A stretch of 64,000 bases of DNA. It comes from Candidatus Cloacimonadota bacterium. GTDB taxonomy: Bacteria; Cloacimonadota; Cloacimonadia; JGIOTU-2. A program made the position numbers and the translations under genes. The stretch spans positions 192,001 to 256,000 of the forward strand of contig JBNGBT010000004.1 of assembly GCA_049903315.1 (NCBI GenBank), written 5' to 3'. This document shows, piece after piece, positions 21,772-29,519 of the stretch. Each line of letters begins with the position of its first letter. The stretch's first letter is position 1. The notes under the pieces are model-generated. The model had not been told where the DNA came from. It saw only the letters and a program-made list of their open reading frames with translations, and did not search any database.

Positions 21772-22051
21772 TGGATAAGAAAAAATCAAATCCTCTCTAA
21801 ATAAGGGGAGTACGCCAACTGGCGGATACATCATCGCAGGTAAAGCCCAAAGAGATAGTTGCATAATTTAATAATGAAAATTCTAAAGAAGTAAAAATAC
21901 TCATGAATTTTAATCAATCGAAATTGAGAAATTATTGAAAAAGTAACGCATGATTCCAATCTTGCGCGATTCATAACTGAACTGAACACATTAATTATAA
22001 CGATGAGTCGGGTAAATAGTTGGAATTGAAATATAACTGAAAGATAATTAT

Positions 22052-22241
22052 GTTCATTTTCTCCTTGATGAGAAAACGAACCAAAAGAATCACCCGCTGA
22101 TCAAGAAAACACTAAAATTTCATTCATTCAGCTAAAAGAAAAGAACTTGTTCTTCCGACACTTCGGAAGAACTCAGACAGCTTTTCTTTTTAAACGCTTC
22201 ATTCACAAAATTTCTTAACGTATTTTCTTAATAGGCGGGAA
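22052..22241. repeat. ~190 bp structured non-coding repeat, copy 2
   Basis: Direct repeat of 21582-21771. Confidence 0.9.
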
Positions 22242-22359
22242 AGCAAATACCTGATCCTGACTGTATGATCTAAATTTTATTATGAGTTAAATATGTCGCT
22301 TAACGAATTTCTTGTATATTTGTTGAGGTTGTGGGACAACCCCGCGATTTTATTTCTTA

Positions 22360-22919
22360 TTATTTATACAAATTTTTCATTCGCTGCAGAAGTTCATCAT
22401 TTTCAAGTAAGGCAACAGAATTTGTAATCTGATTTACTGATCCGATTTCAGATTTTATGTGCAGAATGGCTTTGTTCTTTATCTGTTTTTTTTATATGTC
22501 TTGCAAAAATTCCACCATTAATAACGAGATATGGTCTATCATAAAATTCAGTGACTTTAACTTTAAGGGGCTTGGTAATTTTTAAATTATTGTGCATGTG
22601 TGCAATACTTTCATATGCTTTCGAGAGATATTTTTCTCTTTCTTTCCAATTTTCAGAAGAGATAATTTTGTGGAAAAGAGGAGTGAGTTCTTTTGCTGAT
22701 CTTAATTGTGCCAAAGCAGTTCCAAACCATTTGCTGTAAGGCACATATTCTTTTTCCATTAAAAAGCAAAGTCTCATGAGTGACTGGACTAATCGAGCAG
22801 CAATAATGCGAGAACCTAACTCATCCTCCGCATCTCCGCATCTGCCGACAAAAGGTTCCTCTTCAGCAATGTTAGTCCATTCCGATGCAAGAAGGTAAAG
22901 CCAAATATCATGAGGATAA
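22360..22919 (-). pseudogene. 3' half of a DUF4037-family gene, 5'-truncated at the array end and frameshifted
   Basis: YPHDIWLYLLASEW..EEEPFVGRCG..DELGSRIIAARLV..LCFLMEKEYVPYSKWFGT. Removing one A from the A8 tract (22486-22493) restores ...IGSVNQITNS...LYK* ending at 22360. Confidence 0.8.
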
Positions 22920-23036
22920 TGTTTTGCGCATACGGCGGAATCAGCAGGATTCCGTCGTAAAACGAACAGCCAAACACCTGAGCCGGAAGGTTCAGGCAAA
23001 AAGCACTGACCAAACCAACTGACGACACGGCTGTTA
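22917..23036 (-). repeat. attC-like site 6 (distal; outer stem degenerate)
   Basis: + strand TAATgttttgcgcatacggc...cctgagccGGAAggttcagg...gacacggctGTTA, 120 bp. Confidence 0.88.
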
Positions 23037-23162
23037 CACGAATTTTTAGTTATTAATCTCGAAAGAATTAGAAAAAAGCTAACCCTGGTAGCTGACTGGG
23101 ACAATGCCCCAGCCAACGACAGCACCTCGCTCTCCAAATAAATGGAGATCCAGGGAGTTGCT

Positions 23163-23981
23163 TTATTTTCTACGAATTTCATCTATTTGTTTTTTTGCGC
23201 AATGTTTTTTTTTCATCGAAAGACCATCACATATTTCAAAATTATCATTTCGCCATTCAATTTGATTGAAATTTGAAGTTCCTGGCACTTCTGAACCAAG
23301 GAAATACCTTTTATTATTATGAATAATGCCAAAATTTATCGAAGCAGAATCCGGTTTTCTATATAAACCAATTAGTTGTGGAGAACCTCCACAGTTTTTA
23401 TCTCTTATATTAAATAAAGTATCACAAAAACAATGAAAGACATTTCTACTGGTGCTTTTATTTACACCCTGTTGATATCTTTTGTAGTTCTCAATAAATT
23501 CTTGTCTACCAGAACCGAGAACAAATAGTAAATCTGATTGCATAGGCAAATTCATTGTTTCTCTTTTAGAAGTAATTGAGTTTGACCAAGTCATTTTATA
23601 ACATTTGAAATTAGGATAATTATTAACAATTGTGTCTCTGGTAATGTGCATTATGTTTACGATGTTACTTACCAATTTCGGATATTTTGAAAAAGAATGT
23701 GATATTTTTTCGAATACAAGTTTGTTTTTTTTATCACAATTTAGGGTTTTTGTAAAAAGAATATTGGAATCTATCATCTCGATTATTTGAGATAATACTA
23801 TTGATGGAAATAACACATCGCCAGAATAAGCTAATATTTCAGGATATTCTTTTGAGGAAAAAACTTTTTTACCATAATCAAATTTGGTTGTACTATTCCA
23901 TGTAAACCGGCTATCGCCAGCAATATATGCTGACGTTGGTCCGTGTGTGTCAACGCCTAACCAAGAAACGATTAAGGTCAC
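23163..23981 (-). CDS. Cassette 6: Ntn-hydrolase / proteasome-beta-like putative Thr peptidase
   Basis: GGAG RBS then GTG at 23981 gives M-TLIVSW...AGDSR; later VLGSG and GGSPQ motifs. Confidence 0.65.
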   Translation of the reverse strand: MTLIVSWLGVDTHGPTSAYIAGDSRFTWNSTTKFDYGKKVFSSKEYPEILAYSGDVLFPSIVLSQIIEMIDSNILFTKTLNCDKKNKLVFEKISHSFSKYPKLVSNIVNIMHITRDTIVNNYPNFKCYKMTWSNSITSKRETMNLPMQSDLLFVLGSGRQEFIENYKRYQQGVNKSTSRNVFHCFCDTLFNIRDKNCGGSPQLIGLYRKPDSASINFGIIHNNKRYFLGSEVPGTSNFNQIEWRNDNFEICDGLSMKKKHCAKKQIDEIRRK

Positions 23982-24012
23982 TTTTATCTCCAACTAATTA
24001 CAAAATTTCGTG

Positions 24013-24130
24013 TAATGTTTTGCGTGTGCGGCGGAATCAGAATGATTCAGCCGAGACAAACAGCCCAAACCCTGAACCGGAAGGTTCAGGACAGAAGCAC
24101 TGACCAGCCCTACAGCCGACACGCTTGTTA
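24013..24130 (-). repeat. attC-like site 5
   Basis: TAATgttttgcgtgtgcggc...gccgacacgcttGTTA, 118 bp. Confidence 0.92.
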
Positions 24131-24136
24131 AGTGCA

Positions 24137-25168
24137 TCAATCCAAAACATCTCTTCCACTTGTATAAGTAACTTCAATTGTTTCATTGAAAACTAATTTT
24201 TGGCTATCACTTGTAAATGATCTTGCAGAAGAAGCCGGAGTTTCAGATAATAATGTTATTTGATCAGTTACCATATCCCAAACCATGAATTTAGAGAACT
24301 CATCTATATAGGCAAGTTTATTTCCGTCAGGAGAGATTTTAGGAAAGGTTCCTGAGAATAAATGTGAAACGGAATAGTTAGATGTATTGAGTAGATAAAT
24401 TTCATCATCGTCCTCAAAAACAACTTTTGATCTATCTTCGCACATTGATAATTGTATTAAAAATCCTTCATAAATGTATTGATTATTAGTACCATCAGTA
24501 TTAATTACATAGATACCTGGTTCAGAGAAGTATTTGCCATTTACATAGATAAGAGTGTTTTCATCAATCCAATCAACAGATGAATATGAGTTTTCCGATG
24601 AAAATTCAGAATCAACTACTACATCGATGTAACCGTCTAAATTGCGAAATTTAAGTGACCAAAGAACACTGTCTGGTAGCTCAAAATAATGTTTCTGAAT
24701 ATATGCAAAATATTCATAATTTGGTGATGGTTTTACATAACCTTCTACGATAGAATCAGTATTTGTTAGAACCTCAACAGTTCCAGATTCAATCGAACCT
24801 AAATAAATGTCACAATCAATTGAAGTTGGACCCCAGAAGATTATTTTGTTTAAATTTGGGAACAACTCAAAATCACTAATATCGTAATTGGTTGTATCAG
24901 TTGGTAGGATAGTATTTATACTTAAAGTGTTTAAATCGAGTGAAACAATTTGATCATAAGGGTAACTAATCTTAGTTTTATGTAGGATTTTTGAGTTATT
25001 ATCATAAAAAATAGAATGTCCTGCACTATAATCTGTGAGTTGAATTTTGTTTGTACCATCGCAATTAATCATTGTTAGATAGTCATAATAGTAAGTTTCA
25101 GTTATTGGTTCACAACCAATTATAAATAGAACTAATACAACCGAAATGCTATAAGCTAAATATTTCAT
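24137..25168 (-). CDS. Cassette 5: lipoprotein with a TolB-like beta-propeller
   Basis: MKYLAYSISVVLVLFIIGC lipobox; INTDGTN and ISPDGNKLAY repeats. Confidence 0.75.
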   Translation of the reverse strand: MKYLAYSISVVLVLFIIGCEPITETYYYDYLTMINCDGTNKIQLTDYSAGHSIFYDNNSKILHKTKISYPYDQIVSLDLNTLSINTILPTDTTNYDISDFELFPNLNKIIFWGPTSIDCDIYLGSIESGTVEVLTNTDSIVEGYVKPSPNYEYFAYIQKHYFELPDSVLWSLKFRNLDGYIDVVVDSEFSSENSYSSVDWIDENTLIYVNGKYFSEPGIYVINTDGTNNQYIYEGFLIQLSMCEDRSKVVFEDDDEIYLLNTSNYSVSHLFSGTFPKISPDGNKLAYIDEFSKFMVWDMVTDQITLLSETPASSARSFTSDSQKLVFNETIEVTYTSGRDVLD

Positions 25169-25196
25169 TCCTTTTACTCCATACTTTTGATGCACT

Positions 25197-25314
25197 TAAT
25201 GTCTTGCGTATGCGGCGGGATCAGAATGATCACGCCAAAACAACCAAGCAAACACCTGAGCCGGAAGGCTCAGGACAAAAGAACCGAAAAGCCCAACAGC
25301 CGATACGCCTGTTA
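25197..25314 (-). repeat. attC-like site 4
   Basis: TAATgtcttgcgtatgcggc...gccgatacgcctGTTA, 118 bp. Confidence 0.92.
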
Positions 25315-25353
25315 CAGGCAGTTTAAGATGAAATATTCTACACATAATTTAAA

Positions 25354-25866
25354 TCACCAGATATATTTGCATCTTACAAGGTATTTTACACCTTCATCAG
25401 TAACTGTATATGATTTTCGTCTTTTCTTATTAATAAATCCATCTAAATATCCATTATCTTTTAAATATCCAAATGCAATTAGTGTTTTAAGATATGCAGT
25501 TATTGTTGATTCTTTGAAACCTACCGCTTCGGCATATTTATCTTTAAAAAAACAAGGTGCTTCGTTCGTTAACAAAACAAATAAAAGTCTTCTTAGGTGT
25601 TTTTTATTTGGTAGTTTTAATTTACGATTTTTATATAAGCAAATAGAGGTGTAGACAAGTGATAGAATTACAAAACACATTAATATTATTGATAATCTCA
25701 ACATTGGTAGTGATATTTTACTGTGTAACGATAACTGCTGTAATAATTTTGAGAAAAATGGGAAAAATTGAAGACCTGAAGGAGATAAAATTGGGATTAC
25801 TATTTGTAGGATTGATACAATATCTCTCCATGTTAATTTGTTGTTATTTTTATCTTTTTCACTCAC
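25354..25866 (-). CDS. Cassette 4: hypothetical membrane protein with a possible C-terminal winged helix
   Basis: GAGG RBS and GTG start; hydrophobic N-half; YLKTLIAFGYL...YTVTDEGVKYL wHTH-like tail. Confidence 0.6.
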   Translation of the reverse strand: MSEKDKNNNKLTWRDIVSILQIVIPILSPSGLQFFPFFSKLLQQLSLHSKISLPMLRLSIILMCFVILSLVYTSICLYKNRKLKLPNKKHLRRLLFVLLTNEAPCFFKDKYAEAVGFKESTITAYLKTLIAFGYLKDNGYLDGFINKKRRKSYTVTDEGVKYLVRCKYIW

Positions 25867-25911
25867 TTCATCCTCTCAATTAAAACAATAAAAAAATACA
25901 GCAACTGCCTG

Positions 25912-26031
25912 TAATGTTTGGCGTGTGCGGCGGAATCAGAAGGATTCCGTCGTAAAACAAACAACCCAAACCCTGAACCGAAAGGTTCAGGCAAAACACA
26001 CCACGAAACCGAACAGCCGACACGCTTGTTA
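25912..26031 (-). repeat. attC-like site 3
   Basis: TAATgtttggcgtgtgcggc...gccgacacgcttGTTA, 120 bp. Confidence 0.92.
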
Positions 26032-26061
26032 AACGCATATATCATAAAATTTCACCGAAAC

Positions 26062-26712
26062 TCAATTACGAAAATAATCTGAATCAGCCAAGATTATTTG
26101 CTTATTCGTATGAAAAATTCCTGTAACATTTGTATATATTTTTGAAATTACTGGTGGAGGATAATTTGTTTTAATTAAAAAAACAACCCAACCATTATTC
26201 TCACTAATTTGATTTCCTCTCCAGTTAAACTTTTTCCCATTATCATATAATCCTTTTCCACCTGTAAAATTAGAACTTGATCTTCGATACTCATAATTTA
26301 TTGAATCAACAGGTTGTTCAAATATTAGAGTAAATTCAAAATTATTAATTGGTTTTTTAGTAATGTTTTTGAAACCAAGCTCATAATATTTATTTGTATT
26401 TTGGTAGGGTTGAGGATTTTTAATTTTTTGATAGAACAATTCATATTTGGGAATAGAAACATTGTCTTCAGAGTTTTCAAAATTGTAGTTAATTATTACA
26501 TCACTATTATCACCTTCCGTTGAAATTGCAGGTGAGAAAGAACCATCTGTAGTATTATGTATTTCCTTATACTCATCTTCTTTTGGATTAATAATGAATT
26601 TAGTTACCAGAGTTAATGCGAATGATATTATTGCTAAATAAGATACAAAGACAGTTATCTTTGTTGGAAAACTCCAAGCTTTCCATTGTTTTCTTGAAGG
26701 AATAAATTTCAT
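26062..26712 (-). CDS. Cassette 3: hypothetical protein with an N-terminal membrane anchor
   Basis: ORF fills the cassette; single TM segment near the N-terminus. Confidence 0.65.
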   Translation of the reverse strand: MKFIPSRKQWKAWSFPTKITVFVSYLAIISFALTLVTKFIINPKEDEYKEIHNTTDGSFSPAISTEGDNSDVIINYNFENSEDNVSIPKYELFYQKIKNPQPYQNTNKYYELGFKNITKKPINNFEFTLIFEQPVDSINYEYRRSSSNFTGGKGLYDNGKKFNWRGNQISENNGWVVFLIKTNYPPPVISKIYTNVTGIFHTNKQIILADSDYFRN

Positions 26713-26749
26713 TTATCAACCCCACAAAACTCAATAATTAATATGCGTT

Positions 26750-26868
26750 TAATGTTTTGCGTGTGCGGTGTGATCGGAACGATCACGCCAACCCAAACAA
26801 ACCAGCCGTTTGAATCGTAAGATTCAAACAAAGAGCACTGACCAACCCGAACAACGACACGCCTGTTA
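26750..26868 (-). repeat. attC-like site 2
   Basis: TAATgttttgcgtgtgcg...tttgaatcGTAAgattcaaa...cgacacgcctGTTA, 119 bp. Confidence 0.92.
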
Positions 26869-26880
26869 GGCACATTTTAC

Positions 26881-27522
26881 TTATGTAGAAAAATCAAGTT
26901 CCTGAGATCTTGTATATGATTGTGCTCTGGGAATTGATATTGGTATATTCTGAATTATGGGATTATTTTTTTGAGGTTCATAAATTATTGATAAATCAGC
27001 ATTAACAGGTAACAAATTGGAACTAATTTCATGTGTTAAACCATAGTCTTTTGCTTCAGTCGGATTAAGTGTAGTTCGATTATTCATGTCCTCGAATATT
27101 TTATCGGTTGATTTTCCTGTATTGTCAGCTATAACTCTTGCAATATTTAATTGATCAATTTTTAATCCATTTAAGTGTTCTTCTATTTGCTTTTCGTCTA
27201 AGCTAACGTTACCATTGAAATTAAATCTTACTCCATGAAGAAGGAACCTTGAGTGGGGAACTGAAAAACGTTTTTCTCCAGCGCAATAAATTACAACACC
27301 AATTGAATCAACGCTACCAAAATTATACGTGTCAATTTTTATTGGAGCTCCTTTGAGATAGTTATAAATGGACAGACCATGAAAGACAGAACCTCCTGGA
27401 GAAGAAATCATTAAATGTAGTTTTTCAAATTTTTGAGCGATTTTTTGATCAATTATCCGTAATAGTTGATCACTTGTTTGCGGAATTACGGGAGCCATAA
27501 ATCTAATGTAACATTCTTTCAT
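26881..27522 (-). CDS. Cassette 2: ClpP-family protease subunit (divergent)
   Basis: ISSPGGSV, GSVDSIG (Ser), RFLLH (His) and LNPTEAKDYGL motifs; GGAGG RBS. Confidence 0.85.
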   Translation of the reverse strand: MKECYIRFMAPVIPQTSDQLLRIIDQKIAQKFEKLHLMISSPGGSVFHGLSIYNYLKGAPIKIDTYNFGSVDSIGVVIYCAGEKRFSVPHSRFLLHGVRFNFNGNVSLDEKQIEEHLNGLKIDQLNIARVIADNTGKSTDKIFEDMNNRTTLNPTEAKDYGLTHEISSNLLPVNADLSIIYEPQKNNPIIQNIPISIPRAQSYTRSQELDFST

Positions 27523-27556
27523 TTTACTTTACCTCCAATTTTTTTTTAAATGTGCC

Positions 27557-27676
27557 TAATGTTTGGCGTGTGCGACGGGATCGGAACGATCACGCCCAAA
27601 ACAAACCGACCAGCCGTTTGAATCGGAAGATTCAAACAAAGAGCACTGACCAACCCTACTGCCGACACGCTTGTTA
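27557..27676 (-). repeat. attC-like site 1 (proximal)
   Basis: TAATgtttggcgtgtgcg...cgacacgcttGTTA, 120 bp. Confidence 0.92.
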
Positions 27677-27774
27677 GCTACATCTTTTTCTATTTCAATT
27701 ACTTACATTTTAAACTTATTTAAGTAAAGAATTTTATTGTTGTTCTTGGATAAATGGGTGTCATAATTAATTCT

Positions 27775-28248
27775 TCATTTTTTTATCTGAAACCATTCTG
27801 ATTCAATTTTACCTTGTGGATAAAAACCTTTGTAAGGCGACCCAGGCATATTTATAAATGGCGAGTGCATATATATAATGTCTCCAATTAATTTAAAGCT
27901 ATATTTGCCTTTGATTGGGGCAATTACTTTATATTTGTCAGGATAATTGAAAATTGTGAAACCCTGTTTAGTCGGTAATAAACGTTTTTTTTTGAGCTTA
28001 TTATTTTCATTTTTATAAAGAATAAAAAGATTTGACGAATAATAAAAATCAGGATTATCAATTCCTTTAATATCTACAGAAAAAGTTAGAGTATCTAATT
28101 TTGTGGAAATGTCAGAAGTTATTAAAGAAATACTTCTATGTTTATAAAGATTCGAGATATAATTATAACTTACTTTAGTATTGAAGTTATATGCACATGA
28201 AGATAACAAAAATAAGAAACACGCTGATTTTAATAATTTTATTAGCAT
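27775..28248 (-). CDS. Cassette 1: hypothetical lipoprotein
   Basis: MLIKLLKSACFLFLLSSC lipobox; ORF fills the cassette. Confidence 0.65.
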   Translation of the reverse strand: MLIKLLKSACFLFLLSSCAYNFNTKVSYNYISNLYKHRSISLITSDISTKLDTLTFSVDIKGIDNPDFYYSSNLFILYKNENNKLKKKRLLPTKQGFTIFNYPDKYKVIAPIKGKYSFKLIGDIIYMHSPFINMPGSPYKGFYPQGKIESEWFQIKK

Positions 28249-28302
28249 ATTATTAACCTAAAAATATTTTCCAATTCTCCATCCATTTCATTTAGATGTA
28301 GC

Positions 28303-28400
28303 TAATGTTTGTATACCCGACCAAAAGGTCGTGTATATTACGATTAAATTTCCTATAAGGTCGTATACAATACAATATATAAGTTATATACGAACTTGTT
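28303..28400 (-). other. attI-like primary insertion site directly downstream of the recombinase
   Basis: Carries the same TAATgtttg end as the attC-like sites but an unrelated body; AAGGTCGT direct repeats at 28325 and 28357; hairpin 28311-28338. Confidence 0.7.
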
Positions 28401-28412
28401 TTAATTATGAAA

Positions 28413-29477
28413 TTATGTTTCATCTAACTTCAAATTATCCAATGGACTTTTAATTTTGTTTCTTGCTGTATGTGTAACATGGGTATATATCTCTGTTGTT
28501 CTTGAGCTTTTGTGCCCTAAAAGTTCTTGAATATACCTCAAATCAGTCCCATGCTCCAATAAATGAGTAGCAAAACTATGCCGTAAAGTATGTATTGAAG
28601 CATGTTTCTTTACTCCAGATTTGTTTACAGCTGCTTTAAATAATTTTTGTATTACTCTCCTACTGAATTGTTCTCCGTATTTGCTTTCAAACAGCCATTT
28701 CTTTGGTTTATAAACCTTATAATATGTTCTTAGTAAATCTAATACGGTATCTGAAAGAATGCCGTATCTATCCTTGTTGCCTTTTGCGCTTCGAATAAAT
28801 ATCTGTTTTCGATCAGAATGAATGTCGGATATTCTCAAATGTACAACTTCTGTTAAACGTAATCCTGCAGAATAGATCAAATAGATAATACATTTATATT
28901 TCAGGTTCTTGACCTGTTTCAATATTTTTGTTACTTCTTCCTCGCTTAGAACTTCCGGTAGCTTTTTTTCTTTTCTTGGTCGAGGAACGTAATATTTTTC
29001 AACAGGTTTTCCCAGCACTTTTTCATAATAAAACTTTATACTGTTTATTGCTTGATTCTGTGCAGAAGTGGAATATTTCTTCTTATCTACCAGGTATAAC
29101 AAATATTTACGGATCTGTTCATGTGTGATATCTTTCAATTTAGTGTTTTGATAATATTTTAAAAACCGCTGAAAATGAAGACGATAAGTTTTAATGGTTG
29201 CGTCACTATAGTTTTTCAATTTCAAAGTTTCAATGTATTCAGAAGGGAAATCTAGTTTTGTATCAGTATCTTCTATGAATTCTAATTTACCTTTGAATTT
29301 CGTATGTAAAACACTAATGATATTTTTTTGATAGGGGATATGCCAGAACTTATTTGAAGCAGACCACTTTCTGCCTTCTATCTGTTTAATCTGTCTAATC
29401 GTATTTATGTCATAATCAAACAGTAGAGCAATACGTCTCTGCTTATCAATCAAATATTCCTTAGTCTTTATCTGCAT
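28413..29477 (-). CDS. Tyrosine recombinase (array-associated integrase) with a SAM-like core-binding domain and an extra N-terminal domain
   Basis: YSAGLR, AKGNKDR, HTLRHSFATH, LLGH and TTEIYTH catalytic motifs intact; NYS..TIKTY...STSAQNQAINSIKFYY. Confidence 0.95.
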   Translation of the reverse strand: MQIKTKEYLIDKQRRIALLFDYDINTIRQIKQIEGRKWSASNKFWHIPYQKNIISVLHTKFKGKLEFIEDTDTKLDFPSEYIETLKLKNYSDATIKTYRLHFQRFLKYYQNTKLKDITHEQIRKYLLYLVDKKKYSTSAQNQAINSIKFYYEKVLGKPVEKYYVPRPRKEKKLPEVLSEEEVTKILKQVKNLKYKCIIYLIYSAGLRLTEVVHLRISDIHSDRKQIFIRSAKGNKDRYGILSDTVLDLLRTYYKVYKPKKWLFESKYGEQFSRRVIQKLFKAAVNKSGVKKHASIHTLRHSFATHLLEHGTDLRYIQELLGHKSSRTTEIYTHVTHTARNKIKSPLDNLKLDET

Positions 29478-29519
29478 ACTATATCCTTCAGGTCATAATT
29501 TGGAGAATCATATTCCTCT

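Larger units (their letters stand above)
22917..29477 (-). mobile_element. Integron-like cassette array with a co-directional non-IntI tyrosine recombinase
   Basis: Recombinase, attI-like site and six single-ORF AT-rich cassettes, each followed on the gene strand by an attC-like repeat. Confidence 0.9.

Noticed and set aside
23071..23170. Twister or HDV-like ribozyme
   Set aside because: Superficial UAA...GAG and CCUCGC similarity only; I could not build the required pseudoknot pairings.
22448..23182. 244-aa ORF as an intact gene
   Set aside because: It is a chimera reading through a hairpin element and an att site into the DUF4037 remnant, and it ends out of frame after the A8 frameshift.
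25187..26045. ORFs 25187-25654(+), 25659-25883(+) and 25863-26045(-)
   Set aside because: They are translations of att repeats or antisense shadows of the cassette 4 gene.
22917..27676. CRISPR array
   Set aside because: Repeats are ~120 bp and imperfect, the spacers are whole genes, and no cas genes are present.
28413..29477. Canonical intI or housekeeping xerC/xerD
   Set aside because: It lacks the IntI insertion, and its extra N-terminal domain and array context are unlike housekeeping Xer. No gene symbol assigned.
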